DNA of 64,000 nucleotides from positions 64,648 to 128,647 of the forward strand of contig JAAOYA010000008.1 of NCBI GenBank assembly GCA_018221105.1. The letters run 5' to 3'. Each line of letters opens with the position of its first letter. Within the stretch, counting starts at the first letter, position 1. The translations under genes were made by a program, and so were the position numbers. Source of the DNA: Candidatus Woesearchaeota archaeon. Its GTDB lineage: Archaea > Nanobdellota > Nanobdellia > Woesearchaeales > JAAOYA01. Under the pieces are notes generated by a model. The model did no database searches. It was not told the origin of the DNA and saw nothing but the letters and a program-made list of their open reading frames with translations. Shown in pieces: positions 26,101-34,952 of this stretch.

Positions 26101-27171
26101 CTATCGTACAACGTCTATTCCAAGTTCTTGGCTTACAACAGTTGATTGCGGGCTGCCGCTTCTATTGTCAACTTTTCCAAGTATCCAAGGGCTTTTAACA
26201 CCAGTCACTATTGTCATGACAGTTAGTTTTCCTTTCATGTCTTCTGTCACGCGTGCTCCCCAAATGACTGTTGCGTCTTCGTCCATTGTCTCGGTTACTT
26301 GTTCTCCAACTTGGTTGATCTCTTCAAGTGTCAAGTCTGGCCCGCCGTGAACGTGAATAATCGCTCCTGTTGCGCCTTCGTAGTTGATGTCGAGTAGCGG
26401 GTTTGATAGTGCTCCGCGTACAGCTTCTTCTACTCTGTTGTTAGTGTCACTTGCTCCAACGCCAATTGATGCTACTCCACCACTGGTCATTATTGTTTTG
26501 ACGTCAGCATAGTCCAAGTTTACTAGGCTTGGCACTGCGATTGTTTCTACAATTCCTTTAATCATTGTAGAGATTAGTTCGTTTGCTACTGCGAATGCTT
26601 GTTGCACTGGCAGGTTTCCAGCAATTTGTACTAATCGATTGTTGTCAATTACTACTACTGTGTCTGAGACTTGTCGTAATTGTTGAAGTCCAAATTCTGC
26701 TTTGTCAATTCTTGCGCGTTCAATGTTAAATGGCATTGTTACTGTTCCAATAACTATTGCGCCCATTTCTTTTGCAACTTGTGCAATTACTGGTGCGGCT
26801 CCTGTTCCAGTGCCACCGCCCATTCCAGCACAGACAAATACCATGTCAGATGCTTTTAGCACTTCTTTTATTTGTCCCATGCTCTCTTGTGCTGCTTCGG
26901 CTCCTTTGTTTGGAAAACCGCCACAGCCCAGTCCTCTTGTCACGTCTTTTCCCAGCAAGAATTTTCTGTCAGCTTCTGTGATGTTTAAGTGTTGGCTATC
27001 AGTGTTTGTAGCTAGTATTTCTGCTCCTTTGATGCCTTTTTTGTAAAGCCAGTGTATCATGTTGCCACCAGCTCCGCCAACTCCTATTACCCTAATGTTG
27101 GCTTGTCCTACTTCGTAGGTCTCTGTTTCTTGTCCTTGTGCGTCAACCGCTTGTTTTACGATGAAATCCAT
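26101..27171 (-). CDS. ftsZ: cell division protein FtsZ
   Basis: Tubulin signature GGGTGTGAAPVIAQVAKE, NTD and VVIDN motifs; 356 aa. Confidence 0.9.
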   Translation of the reverse strand: MDFIVKQAVDAQGQETETYEVGQANIRVIGVGGAGGNMIHWLYKKGIKGAEILATNTDSQHLNITEADRKFLLGKDVTRGLGCGGFPNKGAEAAQESMGQIKEVLKASDMVFVCAGMGGGTGTGAAPVIAQVAKEMGAIVIGTVTMPFNIERARIDKAEFGLQQLRQVSDTVVVIDNNRLVQIAGNLPVQQAFAVANELISTMIKGIVETIAVPSLVNLDYADVKTIMTSGGVASIGVGASDTNNRVEEAVRGALSNPLLDINYEGATGAIIHVHGGPDLTLEEINQVGEQVTETMDEDATVIWGARVTEDMKGKLTVMTIVTGVKSPWILGKVDNRSGSPQSTVVSQELGIDVVR

Positions 27172-27221
27172 TTTTGTTCGTTCCCCCTTGATAGGTTATT
27201 TTGCAATCTAAAGGCAAGTAT

Positions 27222-27241
27222 CGAAAACTTTATATAGTAGT
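27222..27241. promoter_or_regulatory. palindromic BRE/TATA element (cgaaaactttatatagtagt), probable ftsZ promoter on the minus strand
   Basis: On the minus strand reads actactatataaag about 55-60 nt upstream of the ftsZ ATG, with a GGGGG SD-like run before the ATG. 20-mer shared with 13102-13121. Confidence 0.35.
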
Positions 27242-27490
27242 TTGCGTACTACCTTCTATAGAAAAAACATTTTTCGCCAATATTAAATTCGTCAACTCGA
27301 GACAAGTTTTCGCCAAAAAACTTTTCTCAACAAATTCTTTTATTTTAAACACATTAGAGGTATTTAAACATTATCAAGTTCTAAAACATACTTTGCAGTA
27401 TACAAATTAGTATATCAATATCTGTCAACAATAAACAATTTAATAAACTTCTAACGACAAAGACATAATAATAATCCTCGAGGGGTATTT

Positions 27491-28879
27491 GTGGTAACAG
27501 TCAAAGGCAGCATTTACGAAGGTGTAGACGGTAGAATCTTAGGATTGGGAACTTATTTTAGAAGTGAACTGCCAGAAGAACTTAAAAAAATATTAACAAC
27601 TGTTGCACGATTAAAGTATAAAGTAACACGCCACGGCAAAACAGATTTATTATTAGTCAATCACGCAGAAGATCCTGAAGAGTTAATGCATGTTTTAGCA
27701 AACGGCAATGGCAATTACACAATTTTTAGACATGTTAGTGCAGGAGGCGATTTATTGCATGCAATGGCTAATAACATTAATTTTCTTCCAGAAGACCCAC
27801 AATACACTCCAGAATCAAAAATAATCGGGCAGCGAGAGTTAGATGACTTAATAGAAGCAGCGCTTCTTGATATAGGAAAGCACGCAATAAGAAAAAACAA
27901 ACCCAAAAACGCAAAACTTCCAACAAAACACCCAAAAAAAGTTCAGAGTACAAAAACTGCTAAGATTGGAGGACTTAACTATTTGACTGACGGCAAAGGA
28001 GCATTTCATGATGGCTGTCTTTTACGATTAAATCTTGATTTTTCAAACGTCTGCCTTGGAGGTTGCGATTATTGTTATGCGAAAAGACATAATCGTGGCA
28101 GACCATTTCAAGCAAAAAGCATTGACTCACAACTTCTTGATGAGGACCTAATAAATGGATTGCAAGTTGATTACAGTCAACAACCACCAGTTTATAATCC
28201 CGAACTAGACCCTCAAGACTTTGCAGCACTACGCCTTGGCAAGAGAACAGACCCAGGACATCAAAGAGTTCACAAACAATTAATGACCACTTTAGAAGTG
28301 TTGGCAGACCACTATAAAATTAGCACTATAATGCCGACAAAAATGCTGCCCTTTAACCCTGCAATTGCAAAGCTATTACAGCAAGCAAGAGTACACTTGG
28401 CTTATAGCATAAGCCCCTGGCAGCACTTAGAGCGTGGCGCGGTCAGCGAAGGCTTTGACACTAAAACAAGATTAGAGCTTGCAAGAGACTACCAACAAGC
28501 AGGAGTCAACACTTCACTAAAAGTAATCGCCGACATCACAACAGAGCCCGATAATCTAACAAAAAAAAGAATTAGTGAAGCAATAAAAGACGGCCTGCCA
28601 ATACAATTAATACCAATAAGACCACAAAACAAAGCAATGACACCAGAACTATTAGGAGGACATCACTGGGAAGACTTCAAAGGCGATCATTCAACAATAG
28701 AACTTTTCGAAAATTTAAACCATCAAAGCGGAGACTACGCATTCTTTAACAATAAACCACTACCAACAACAATACACCCCTACTGGCAAGAAAACAAAAT
28801 AACAATATGCGGAGAACTAGTAAGTGCTAACGGCACAAAAATAACAAAAAGTTATTGCGACGATTGCAACCTAAAATGA
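27491..28879 (+). CDS. radical-SAM protein of the spore-photoproduct-lyase / 'DNA repair photolyase' type with an about 180-aa N-terminal domain of unknown function
   Basis: GTG start with GAGGGG SD 7 nt upstream. VCLGGCDYCYAK is a CX3CX2C cluster in the CxxGCxYC(Y/F) form of SplB/COG1533 proteins, placed unusually far from the N-terminus. Extra C-terminal Cys (CGEL...CDDC). Confidence 0.5.
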   Translation: MVTVKGSIYEGVDGRILGLGTYFRSELPEELKKILTTVARLKYKVTRHGKTDLLLVNHAEDPEELMHVLANGNGNYTIFRHVSAGGDLLHAMANNINFLPEDPQYTPESKIIGQRELDDLIEAALLDIGKHAIRKNKPKNAKLPTKHPKKVQSTKTAKIGGLNYLTDGKGAFHDGCLLRLNLDFSNVCLGGCDYCYAKRHNRGRPFQAKSIDSQLLDEDLINGLQVDYSQQPPVYNPELDPQDFAALRLGKRTDPGHQRVHKQLMTTLEVLADHYKISTIMPTKMLPFNPAIAKLLQQARVHLAYSISPWQHLERGAVSEGFDTKTRLELARDYQQAGVNTSLKVIADITTEPDNLTKKRISEAIKDGLPIQLIPIRPQNKAMTPELLGGHHWEDFKGDHSTIELFENLNHQSGDYAFFNNKPLPTTIHPYWQENKITICGELVSANGTKITKSYCDDCNLK

Positions 28880-30783
28880 TGCAAGAAGTAGCTCAAGGAG
28901 GATTAGAAAAAACCATTGCCACTAGTTATTCTAACATTGTTAACAGAGAATACAACATTGAATGGGCATCTATAGATAAAATAAAGCCTGATCTTGAACA
29001 ACCAAGACAACACTTAAACGAGATATCGCTTGAAGAATTAGCTCAAAGCATTGAAGCTGAAGGCCTAATAGTCCCACCAGTTGCCCAAAAAATGCCTGAT
29101 GGCACATTTGAATTAATTGTTGGTCACAGAAGATATTTTGCTTGTTTGATGAATGGTTACAATGAAATACCAATAAGAGTGGTTGAAGACATTACTGATT
29201 TAGAACGTATAGAAATACAAATACATGAAGACTCGCAAAAGCCTTTCAAGTCCTGGAAAGTAGCAGAGAACATTGTTGATTTTTTAAGATTAGCACAACA
29301 AGAAGACCCTTCTATAACACAAGAAGACGTGGCACTACATTTTGGTTATGGAAGAACATCGGTTGAAAGAGCAGTAAGATACGTTGATAAAGTAACACAA
29401 GGAGTTAAAAATCTTGTAATAGATGGAAAAATTGGTTATAAAGTTGCAGCCGATAACATCTACAAAATTCCTAGCAATCAAGACCAGTACAGGGCAGCAT
29501 TAAAAATTGCTAAAAAAGAAATAAAGCCAGAGTTAGAAGTGCAAAAACATTTACCAGAAGAAAAAAGTAAGTCCGCAGGAGATTTAGAATTAACAATTCA
29601 AACAGAAGAAGGACTAAAAGCACAAGAAGAAACTCAAAGAGTTAAAAAAGTCACGCAAGCATTAGACACTACAGTGCAAAGACTTGCAACACTACTCGCT
29701 CTTAGCAATATTAAAGATGTAACATGGGATACCATAACATCGTGTAAAGATCATTATTCAGGAGAAAGTTTAGAAGATACTATCAATAAGTTTGAAGTTT
29801 ACGTACAAGAATTGAGCGATAAATTTGAAAGCGAACCAGAAAAACTGCTTGCTCGCCAAGAACTCATACGAAAAAGAGCTCGCGTTGGAGCTCCAATAAC
29901 AGAAGTGTACAATAATGCATTAGAAAAACATGCAAAAACAAAACAAAAAACAAAAAGACCAGATTGTTTGTATGATACACTAGTAGAAAACATTCAATTA
30001 AAATTAATCGATGAAGACCCACAAAACGCTAGGGGTAATGAAACAATAACAGAAGAAAACGTTAAAGAACTCGCAAAATCAATAAAGTCAATCGGGATAA
30101 TCAATCCTTTACTATTAGAAAAAGAAGGTAAGCGCTACAATGTTGTCTTTGGACATATTAGAAGACTGGGGGCAAAAGAAGCTAAAGAAAAAACAGTTCC
30201 CGCTATAGTTGTCAATAACCTAACACGTCAGCAAAAACTTGCACTTCAAATGACAGAAGCTTCACAAAAAGCTTTTTCAGCAGAAGACAGGGCCACAGCA
30301 CACTACAAATATTATAATAGACTAAAAGAAGCTGGAGTTATTAGCTCTATTGAAGACTTTGCTCAAAGGATAGGTGTTAACGAACAAATTGCAGTTGATG
30401 CAGTACGATACAACGAACAAGTCACACAGCAAGTAAAAAAACTAGTACATTATAATGTATTGAACTATACAACCGCTTTAACACTAGCACAATTATCAGA
30501 AGAAAGACAAAACGAATTATCAGTTGAAATAGCCATAAAAAATCAAGGCTTAACAGAAACAAGAAGACTAATAAAACAAAAAAAACAATCAGAACTTTTT
30601 CCTGATGAAGTAAAAGGAATAGGAGTAGTAGTAAGTAAGCAATTAATGCAAGCAATGGAAGAATTCAACATTGCTTACGAAGAATTAAGAATGCAAGAAA
30701 ATGATTTTCATAAAAAAGCATTAAAACAAATAGCAGGACTAACAAACCAATTTGAAGAATTAAAAAAACTAAAAGCAGCATGA
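28876..30783 (+). CDS. protein with two tandem ParB/Srx-like N-terminal (ParBc) domains
   Basis: Domain 1: QPRQHLNEISLEELAQSIEAEGLIVPPVA...FELIVGHRRYFA. Domain 2: QNARGNETITEENVKELAKSIKSIGIINPLLL...YNVVFGHIRRLGA (GERR replaced by GHRR/GHIRR). ATGATGA overlap with the upstream stop. Confidence 0.6.
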   Translation: MMQEVAQGGLEKTIATSYSNIVNREYNIEWASIDKIKPDLEQPRQHLNEISLEELAQSIEAEGLIVPPVAQKMPDGTFELIVGHRRYFACLMNGYNEIPIRVVEDITDLERIEIQIHEDSQKPFKSWKVAENIVDFLRLAQQEDPSITQEDVALHFGYGRTSVERAVRYVDKVTQGVKNLVIDGKIGYKVAADNIYKIPSNQDQYRAALKIAKKEIKPELEVQKHLPEEKSKSAGDLELTIQTEEGLKAQEETQRVKKVTQALDTTVQRLATLLALSNIKDVTWDTITSCKDHYSGESLEDTINKFEVYVQELSDKFESEPEKLLARQELIRKRARVGAPITEVYNNALEKHAKTKQKTKRPDCLYDTLVENIQLKLIDEDPQNARGNETITEENVKELAKSIKSIGIINPLLLEKEGKRYNVVFGHIRRLGAKEAKEKTVPAIVVNNLTRQQKLALQMTEASQKAFSAEDRATAHYKYYNRLKEAGVISSIEDFAQRIGVNEQIAVDAVRYNEQVTQQVKKLVHYNVLNYTTALTLAQLSEERQNELSVEIAIKNQGLTETRRLIKQKKQSELFPDEVKGIGVVVSKQLMQAMEEFNIAYEELRMQENDFHKKALKQIAGLTNQFEELKKLKAA

Positions 30784-30787
30784 TAAT

Positions 30788-31753
30788 ATGAGTTCACAAC
30801 CATCAATAACCATCGATTACGAGCGAGCCACTGAAGCACTAGGATTAATTTGGCAAGCCTATGATAAAAAACAAGGTTTGTTTTCAGAACCTAAATTATT
30901 TCCACAATTAATCAGACCAAAAGGTTTAGAAGATGATGACGAGCGTTTTGCAACATACCAATTCTTTGTCAACAGTCAAGACCGCCGCCACGAAGCCAAC
31001 ATGTTATGGGGCAAAGCCAGAAAACTAACAGAAAAACAATTAGAAGAAAATGGAAAATTCATTTTTGACCCTGGACTGATTAATGCATTAAGTCTTAATA
31101 CAGTGCGTGAAACAATTGCCGACCCAATGGCTTTAAGCATGAATGGACGAGTTCAAGAACTACAAGATATAGCAACAATACTAACAACAGAATATGATGG
31201 AAGTCCATTGAACATTTTTGACGGTGTTGAACATTTTGATGAGGCAGTTAAGCGTATCAAAAGATTTCCTGGCTACGGTGAACACTTAGCGCCACAAATT
31301 ATTTGTTATTTTTCACAGCAAGGCTTTATTGAAAAACTGGAAGGCGGATATCCAAAAATTGACATTCATAAAAGCCGCATACCAATATCACTAGATTTAT
31401 TTCAAACTGGCCCTTTAGTTAATCGATTAAATGTTGAAAGAGCAGCACTAGAATTATATCAATGGTTTGCACAAGAACAAAGCATTTCTGTTTTCGAACT
31501 AACAGAAGCAGTTTGGGCTTTAGGCGCTTACGTTTGCTCTCCAAACCTTAAAAGAAAAAAAACAGCCAGTATTGGCTGTCAAAATTTGTGCCCTGCAAAA
31601 GAGTATTGCACTAGTCTGCCACCACCACCAAAAAAACAAGATTATCCGCATAAAAAAGCTACAGGCAGATATTTTCACAGAATTGATAAAAGAGACAAAC
31701 AATTAGCACTACCTCTTGGAGGCTTAGAAGCAAAACTTAATAATAGCAAATAA
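30788..31753 (+). CDS. HhH-GPD superfamily DNA glycosylase-like protein (Nth/MutY-like, no catalytic Lys) with C-terminal Cys cluster
   Basis: HhH motif KRFPGYGEHLAPQIICYF (cf. LPGVGxkTA..il), catalytic-Asp block PKIDIHKSRI (cf. VDTHVxRV), C-terminal C-x13-C-x3-C-x5-C resembling a modified [4Fe-4S] loop. 4 nt after the ParB-like gene. Confidence 0.5.
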   Translation: MSSQPSITIDYERATEALGLIWQAYDKKQGLFSEPKLFPQLIRPKGLEDDDERFATYQFFVNSQDRRHEANMLWGKARKLTEKQLEENGKFIFDPGLINALSLNTVRETIADPMALSMNGRVQELQDIATILTTEYDGSPLNIFDGVEHFDEAVKRIKRFPGYGEHLAPQIICYFSQQGFIEKLEGGYPKIDIHKSRIPISLDLFQTGPLVNRLNVERAALELYQWFAQEQSISVFELTEAVWALGAYVCSPNLKRKKTASIGCQNLCPAKEYCTSLPPPPKKQDYPHKKATGRYFHRIDKRDKQLALPLGGLEAKLNNSK

Positions 31754-31765
31754 TTCTCTCAAACC

Positions 31766-32530
31766 ATGACATTGTACATGATAGGAATAGGGCTTGGTGA
31801 CGAAAAAGGCATCACATTGCGAGGATTAGAAGCAATCAAGAGTTGCAATACTGTTTTTTTAGAAGATTACACTAGCAAACTAACAACCAGCAAAGAAACA
31901 CTAGAACAACTCTACAAAAAAGAAATCGTTTTAGCAGATCGTGAACTAGTAGAAAAAAACGCACAAGAAATATTAGAAAACGCAAAAACATCTAACGTGG
32001 CATTTTTAGTTGTTGGAGACGTTTTCGGAGCAACAACACACACAGACTTATACCTAAGAGCAAAAAAAGAAAACATCAAAGTAGAAATCGTTCATAATAC
32101 TTCAATAATCAATGCAGTATCAAGCACTGGTTTAGAATTATACAAGTTTGGAAAAACTACAAGCCTACCATACTGGGCTGACTCCTACAAACCAACAAGC
32201 ACCTATGACGACATACAAAAAAATCAGTCAATTAACCTTCACACTTTAGTGCTTTTAGATATTAAAGCCGATGAGAACAAATACATGACAGTAAACCAAG
32301 CAATAGAATTATTGTTAAAAATTGAAGATAAAAAACAACAAAAAATATTCACAACTGAAACTTTAATCATTGGTTGCGCTCGACTAAGCGCAAATGATCA
32401 AAAAATAGTTTTTGGCAGTGTTAAACAATTGTTAAACATTGATTTTGGAGCGCCATTGCACTCTTTGATAATTCCTTCTAAACTGCATTTTATTGAAGAA
32501 GAAATGATTGAGCAACACAAAATTTCTTAA
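31766..32530 (+). CDS. dph5: diphthine synthase
   Basis: MTLYMIGIGLGDEKGITLRGLEAIKSC...VAFLVVGDVFGATTHTDL...LHTLVLLDIK...YMTVNQAIELLL aligns along the full length to archaeal Dph5. Confidence 0.9.
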   Translation: MTLYMIGIGLGDEKGITLRGLEAIKSCNTVFLEDYTSKLTTSKETLEQLYKKEIVLADRELVEKNAQEILENAKTSNVAFLVVGDVFGATTHTDLYLRAKKENIKVEIVHNTSIINAVSSTGLELYKFGKTTSLPYWADSYKPTSTYDDIQKNQSINLHTLVLLDIKADENKYMTVNQAIELLLKIEDKKQQKIFTTETLIIGCARLSANDQKIVFGSVKQLLNIDFGAPLHSLIIPSKLHFIEEEMIEQHKIS

Positions 32531-32534
32531 AAGT

Positions 32535-32560
32535 GGTATATACAAAAATTTATATACCAG
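32535..32560. promoter_or_regulatory. palindrome GGTATATA-n8-TATATACC overlapping a TATA-like box (tttatataccag)
   Basis: Perfect 8-bp inverted arms about 60-80 nt upstream of the glycosyltransferase ATG. Confidence 0.3.
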
Positions 32561-32616
32561 TACCTACCATAATAATATAGGGATTTTTAGTAAAAACAGT
32601 GGGTAGTTGATAGCGA

Positions 32617-33837
32617 GTGGACAAGAAAAAACTAAGCCCGGAAACCAGAACCGGGGGGTGTGACCTAATAGTAGGAATACCCAGCTATAACGAAGCAGAT
32701 TCTATATCATACGTTGTAAAACAAGTTGATGCTGGAATAACAAAATATTTTCCAACATTAAAAGCGTTAATTGTCAACGTTGACAATGACAGTCCGGACA
32801 ATACAAAAAAAGCATTCTTGGAAACTATTACAAAAACTCCAAAACATTATATTAGCACTCCGCCAAAAACTAAAGGCAAAGGAAGAAACTTTCACAATCT
32901 TTTTTTATTAGCACAACAATTAAACCCTCAAGCAACCGTGGTGGTTGACGCAGACCTAAAAAGCATCACGCCAGAATGGGTTTTACACCTTGCAGGACAA
33001 GTAATGAACGGTCATGATTTTATCAGCCCATTATACTTACGTCACAAGTATGATGGAACAATCACCAATCAATTAGTTTATCCTTTAGTGTTCAGTCTAA
33101 TAGGCAAAAACATCCGCCAACCAATAGGCGGGGACTTCGCCTTCTCAACTCGCTTGGCAAGCCATTGGCTAGAACAAGATTGGAAAGAAAGCACTCACCA
33201 ATTTGGAATTGACAATTTTATGACATTGCACGCTCTAATGGGAGATTTTAGTGTATGCCAGACAGGACTAGGAGTAAAAGATCATAAACCTTCAGCTCCA
33301 AAACTAGGTTATATGTTTGTAGAAGTTATTGACACACTTTTTGAAAACTTACTACAAAACAATCATTTATTCGAACAAAAAGATCAAACACTCGAAGTGC
33401 CAAAGAGCGGTTTGAAAGAAATGGGCACTCCAAAAAAACTAACATTAGAAGATATAGGCATAGACCTTAATGTAATGATTAAAAACACCATTGAATTATT
33501 CGAAGAGTACAAACCACTAATTTACAACATTTTAGACGAGAAAACCTATCAAAGCATCGAACAAATGCTTCAAAACAACAATATCAACATTGACAGCAAA
33601 CAATGGGCCAAAATCATTTATGATTTCATGATAGCATTCCATAATAACCCAAAACAAAAACTAGAAATCGTAGAATGCTTAAAACCGCTATATTTTGCCC
33701 GCAACATCTCGTTTATCAAACAAACAATAAACCACTCCTGTCAAGAAGCAGAACAATTAATACTAAAACAAGCACAAACTTTCAGAGAACTAAAACCATA
33801 CTTATTAAAAAAACTTGGAGTGAAAATACTACACTAA
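32617..33837 (+). CDS. GT-A fold glycosyltransferase (GT2/GT81-like)
   Basis: LIVGIPSYNEADSI (GT-A N-terminal PxYNE block), VVVDADL (DxD), 406 aa. Confidence 0.55.
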   Translation: MDKKKLSPETRTGGCDLIVGIPSYNEADSISYVVKQVDAGITKYFPTLKALIVNVDNDSPDNTKKAFLETITKTPKHYISTPPKTKGKGRNFHNLFLLAQQLNPQATVVVDADLKSITPEWVLHLAGQVMNGHDFISPLYLRHKYDGTITNQLVYPLVFSLIGKNIRQPIGGDFAFSTRLASHWLEQDWKESTHQFGIDNFMTLHALMGDFSVCQTGLGVKDHKPSAPKLGYMFVEVIDTLFENLLQNNHLFEQKDQTLEVPKSGLKEMGTPKKLTLEDIGIDLNVMIKNTIELFEEYKPLIYNILDEKTYQSIEQMLQNNNINIDSKQWAKIIYDFMIAFHNNPKQKLEIVECLKPLYFARNISFIKQTINHSCQEAEQLILKQAQTFRELKPYLLKKLGVKILH

Positions 33838-33912
33838 AACAAGTTCTAAATCCACTGGTCACTGGACATTTGTGCACGAGAAGTATATAAACAACTATAA
33901 CTTAACAAGTTT

Positions 33913-34590
33913 ATGAAGTATGATAAAAGACTTGCAGAGTTATTAGGAATTATTTTAGGCGATGGCAATTTACACAAGACTAATAATTGTGTCACTATCG
34001 TTGGCAGCTTAGAGGATAAGCAGTATTATGAAACATATGTTATTCCATTAATAAAATCAGTATTTAATGTTAAACCTGCACTAAGAAAGCGAAATGATAG
34101 AAATGCTTATTACATTGATTTTAACTGTAAAAAAACAATTATTTATTTGACGGAAAAAGCAGGTTTAATTAGAGGTAATAAAGTTAACGCAAAAATCCCA
34201 AAACTAATTACTAATAATAAAAAATTAATCTCTCCTTTTCTAAGAGGACTATTTGATACTGATGGTTGCTTAAAATTTTCAAAACAGTCAAAAAACAAAA
34301 ATTATTATCCTAGAATCCAATATTGTTTTAGAGATACAAATTTTTCTAACAGTATTAAAGACTTAATAGAAAAACTAGATTTTAAAGTAGGAATTTGGAA
34401 AGAAAAAAGGTTTAACGGACTCATATACTATCAAATAAGCGGAAAAGAAAATCTAGAAAAGTGGATAGAACTTGTTGGAATGAATAATCCTGTTCATAAA
34501 ACTAAATATTTATTCTGGAAAAAATATGGATATTACATACCAAAATCTTCTTTAAATTATCGACAGAAAGCATTAAATTTAAATATATAA
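33913..34590 (+). CDS. free-standing double-motif LAGLIDADG homing endonuclease
   Basis: Two LAGLIDADG motifs: LAELLGIILGDGNL and FLRGLFDTDGCL; 225 aa. Confidence 0.7.
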   Translation: MKYDKRLAELLGIILGDGNLHKTNNCVTIVGSLEDKQYYETYVIPLIKSVFNVKPALRKRNDRNAYYIDFNCKKTIIYLTEKAGLIRGNKVNAKIPKLITNNKKLISPFLRGLFDTDGCLKFSKQSKNKNYYPRIQYCFRDTNFSNSIKDLIEKLDFKVGIWKEKRFNGLIYYQISGKENLEKWIELVGMNNPVHKTKYLFWKKYGYYIPKSSLNYRQKALNLNI

Positions 34591-34632
34591 GCCAAATCTT
34601 GAACCTCAGTCTCTACGGATTCGAACTTTTAT

Positions 34633-34783
34633 AGCCCCGTGGAAGAATAAACAGGTAATGCTGTTATTCTGCGGAGTGTAGTGGCCAATCATCGTGCCCT
34701 TTGGAGGCAACGAAAATCAGAGATTTTCTGGTCTTTCTCGCCATAGAAAGGCATGGACCGCGGTTCGAATCCGCGCGGGGCTA
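34633..34783 (+). tRNA. tRNA-Gln (UUG) with two introns (about 33-34 nt near position 9/10, about 43 nt at canonical 37/38)
   Basis: Acceptor AGCCCCG/CGGGGCU-A (A1:U72 typical of archaeal tRNA-Gln), D-region GUGUAGUGGCCAAUCAUC, anticodon stem GUGCC/GGCAU with loop CUUUGG[intron]A, T-arm CGCGG-UUCGAAU-CCGCG. 151-nt precursor gives about 75 nt mature; first intron forms a 10-bp hairpin. Confidence 0.65.
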
Positions 34784-34952
34784 CTTTAACGTAAAAACAC
34801 TGTTTGTAGAGAACATAAATACAACAGAAACTACTTCACTATAAAACAAATATAAACTCTTCCTCGTCAATAATATTTTGAAGGAAAGTTTTTTAAAGCA
34901 TTACTTTCGGAATAGTATTCAAGGTGAAAAAAACACACAGGGTTGTGCGTAC

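Noticed and set aside
25933-26145. 70-aa plus-strand ORF between the nitroreductase gene and ftsZ
   Set aside because: Spans the GC-rich hairpin island and runs antisense into the ftsZ 3' end; no RBS or promoter; likely spurious.
27052-27410. Two small ORFs (61 and 69 aa) in the ftsZ / radical-SAM divergent promoter region
   Set aside because: They overlap the palindromic TATA element and the ftsZ start region and have low-complexity AT-rich translations; treated as non-coding promoter or leader DNA.
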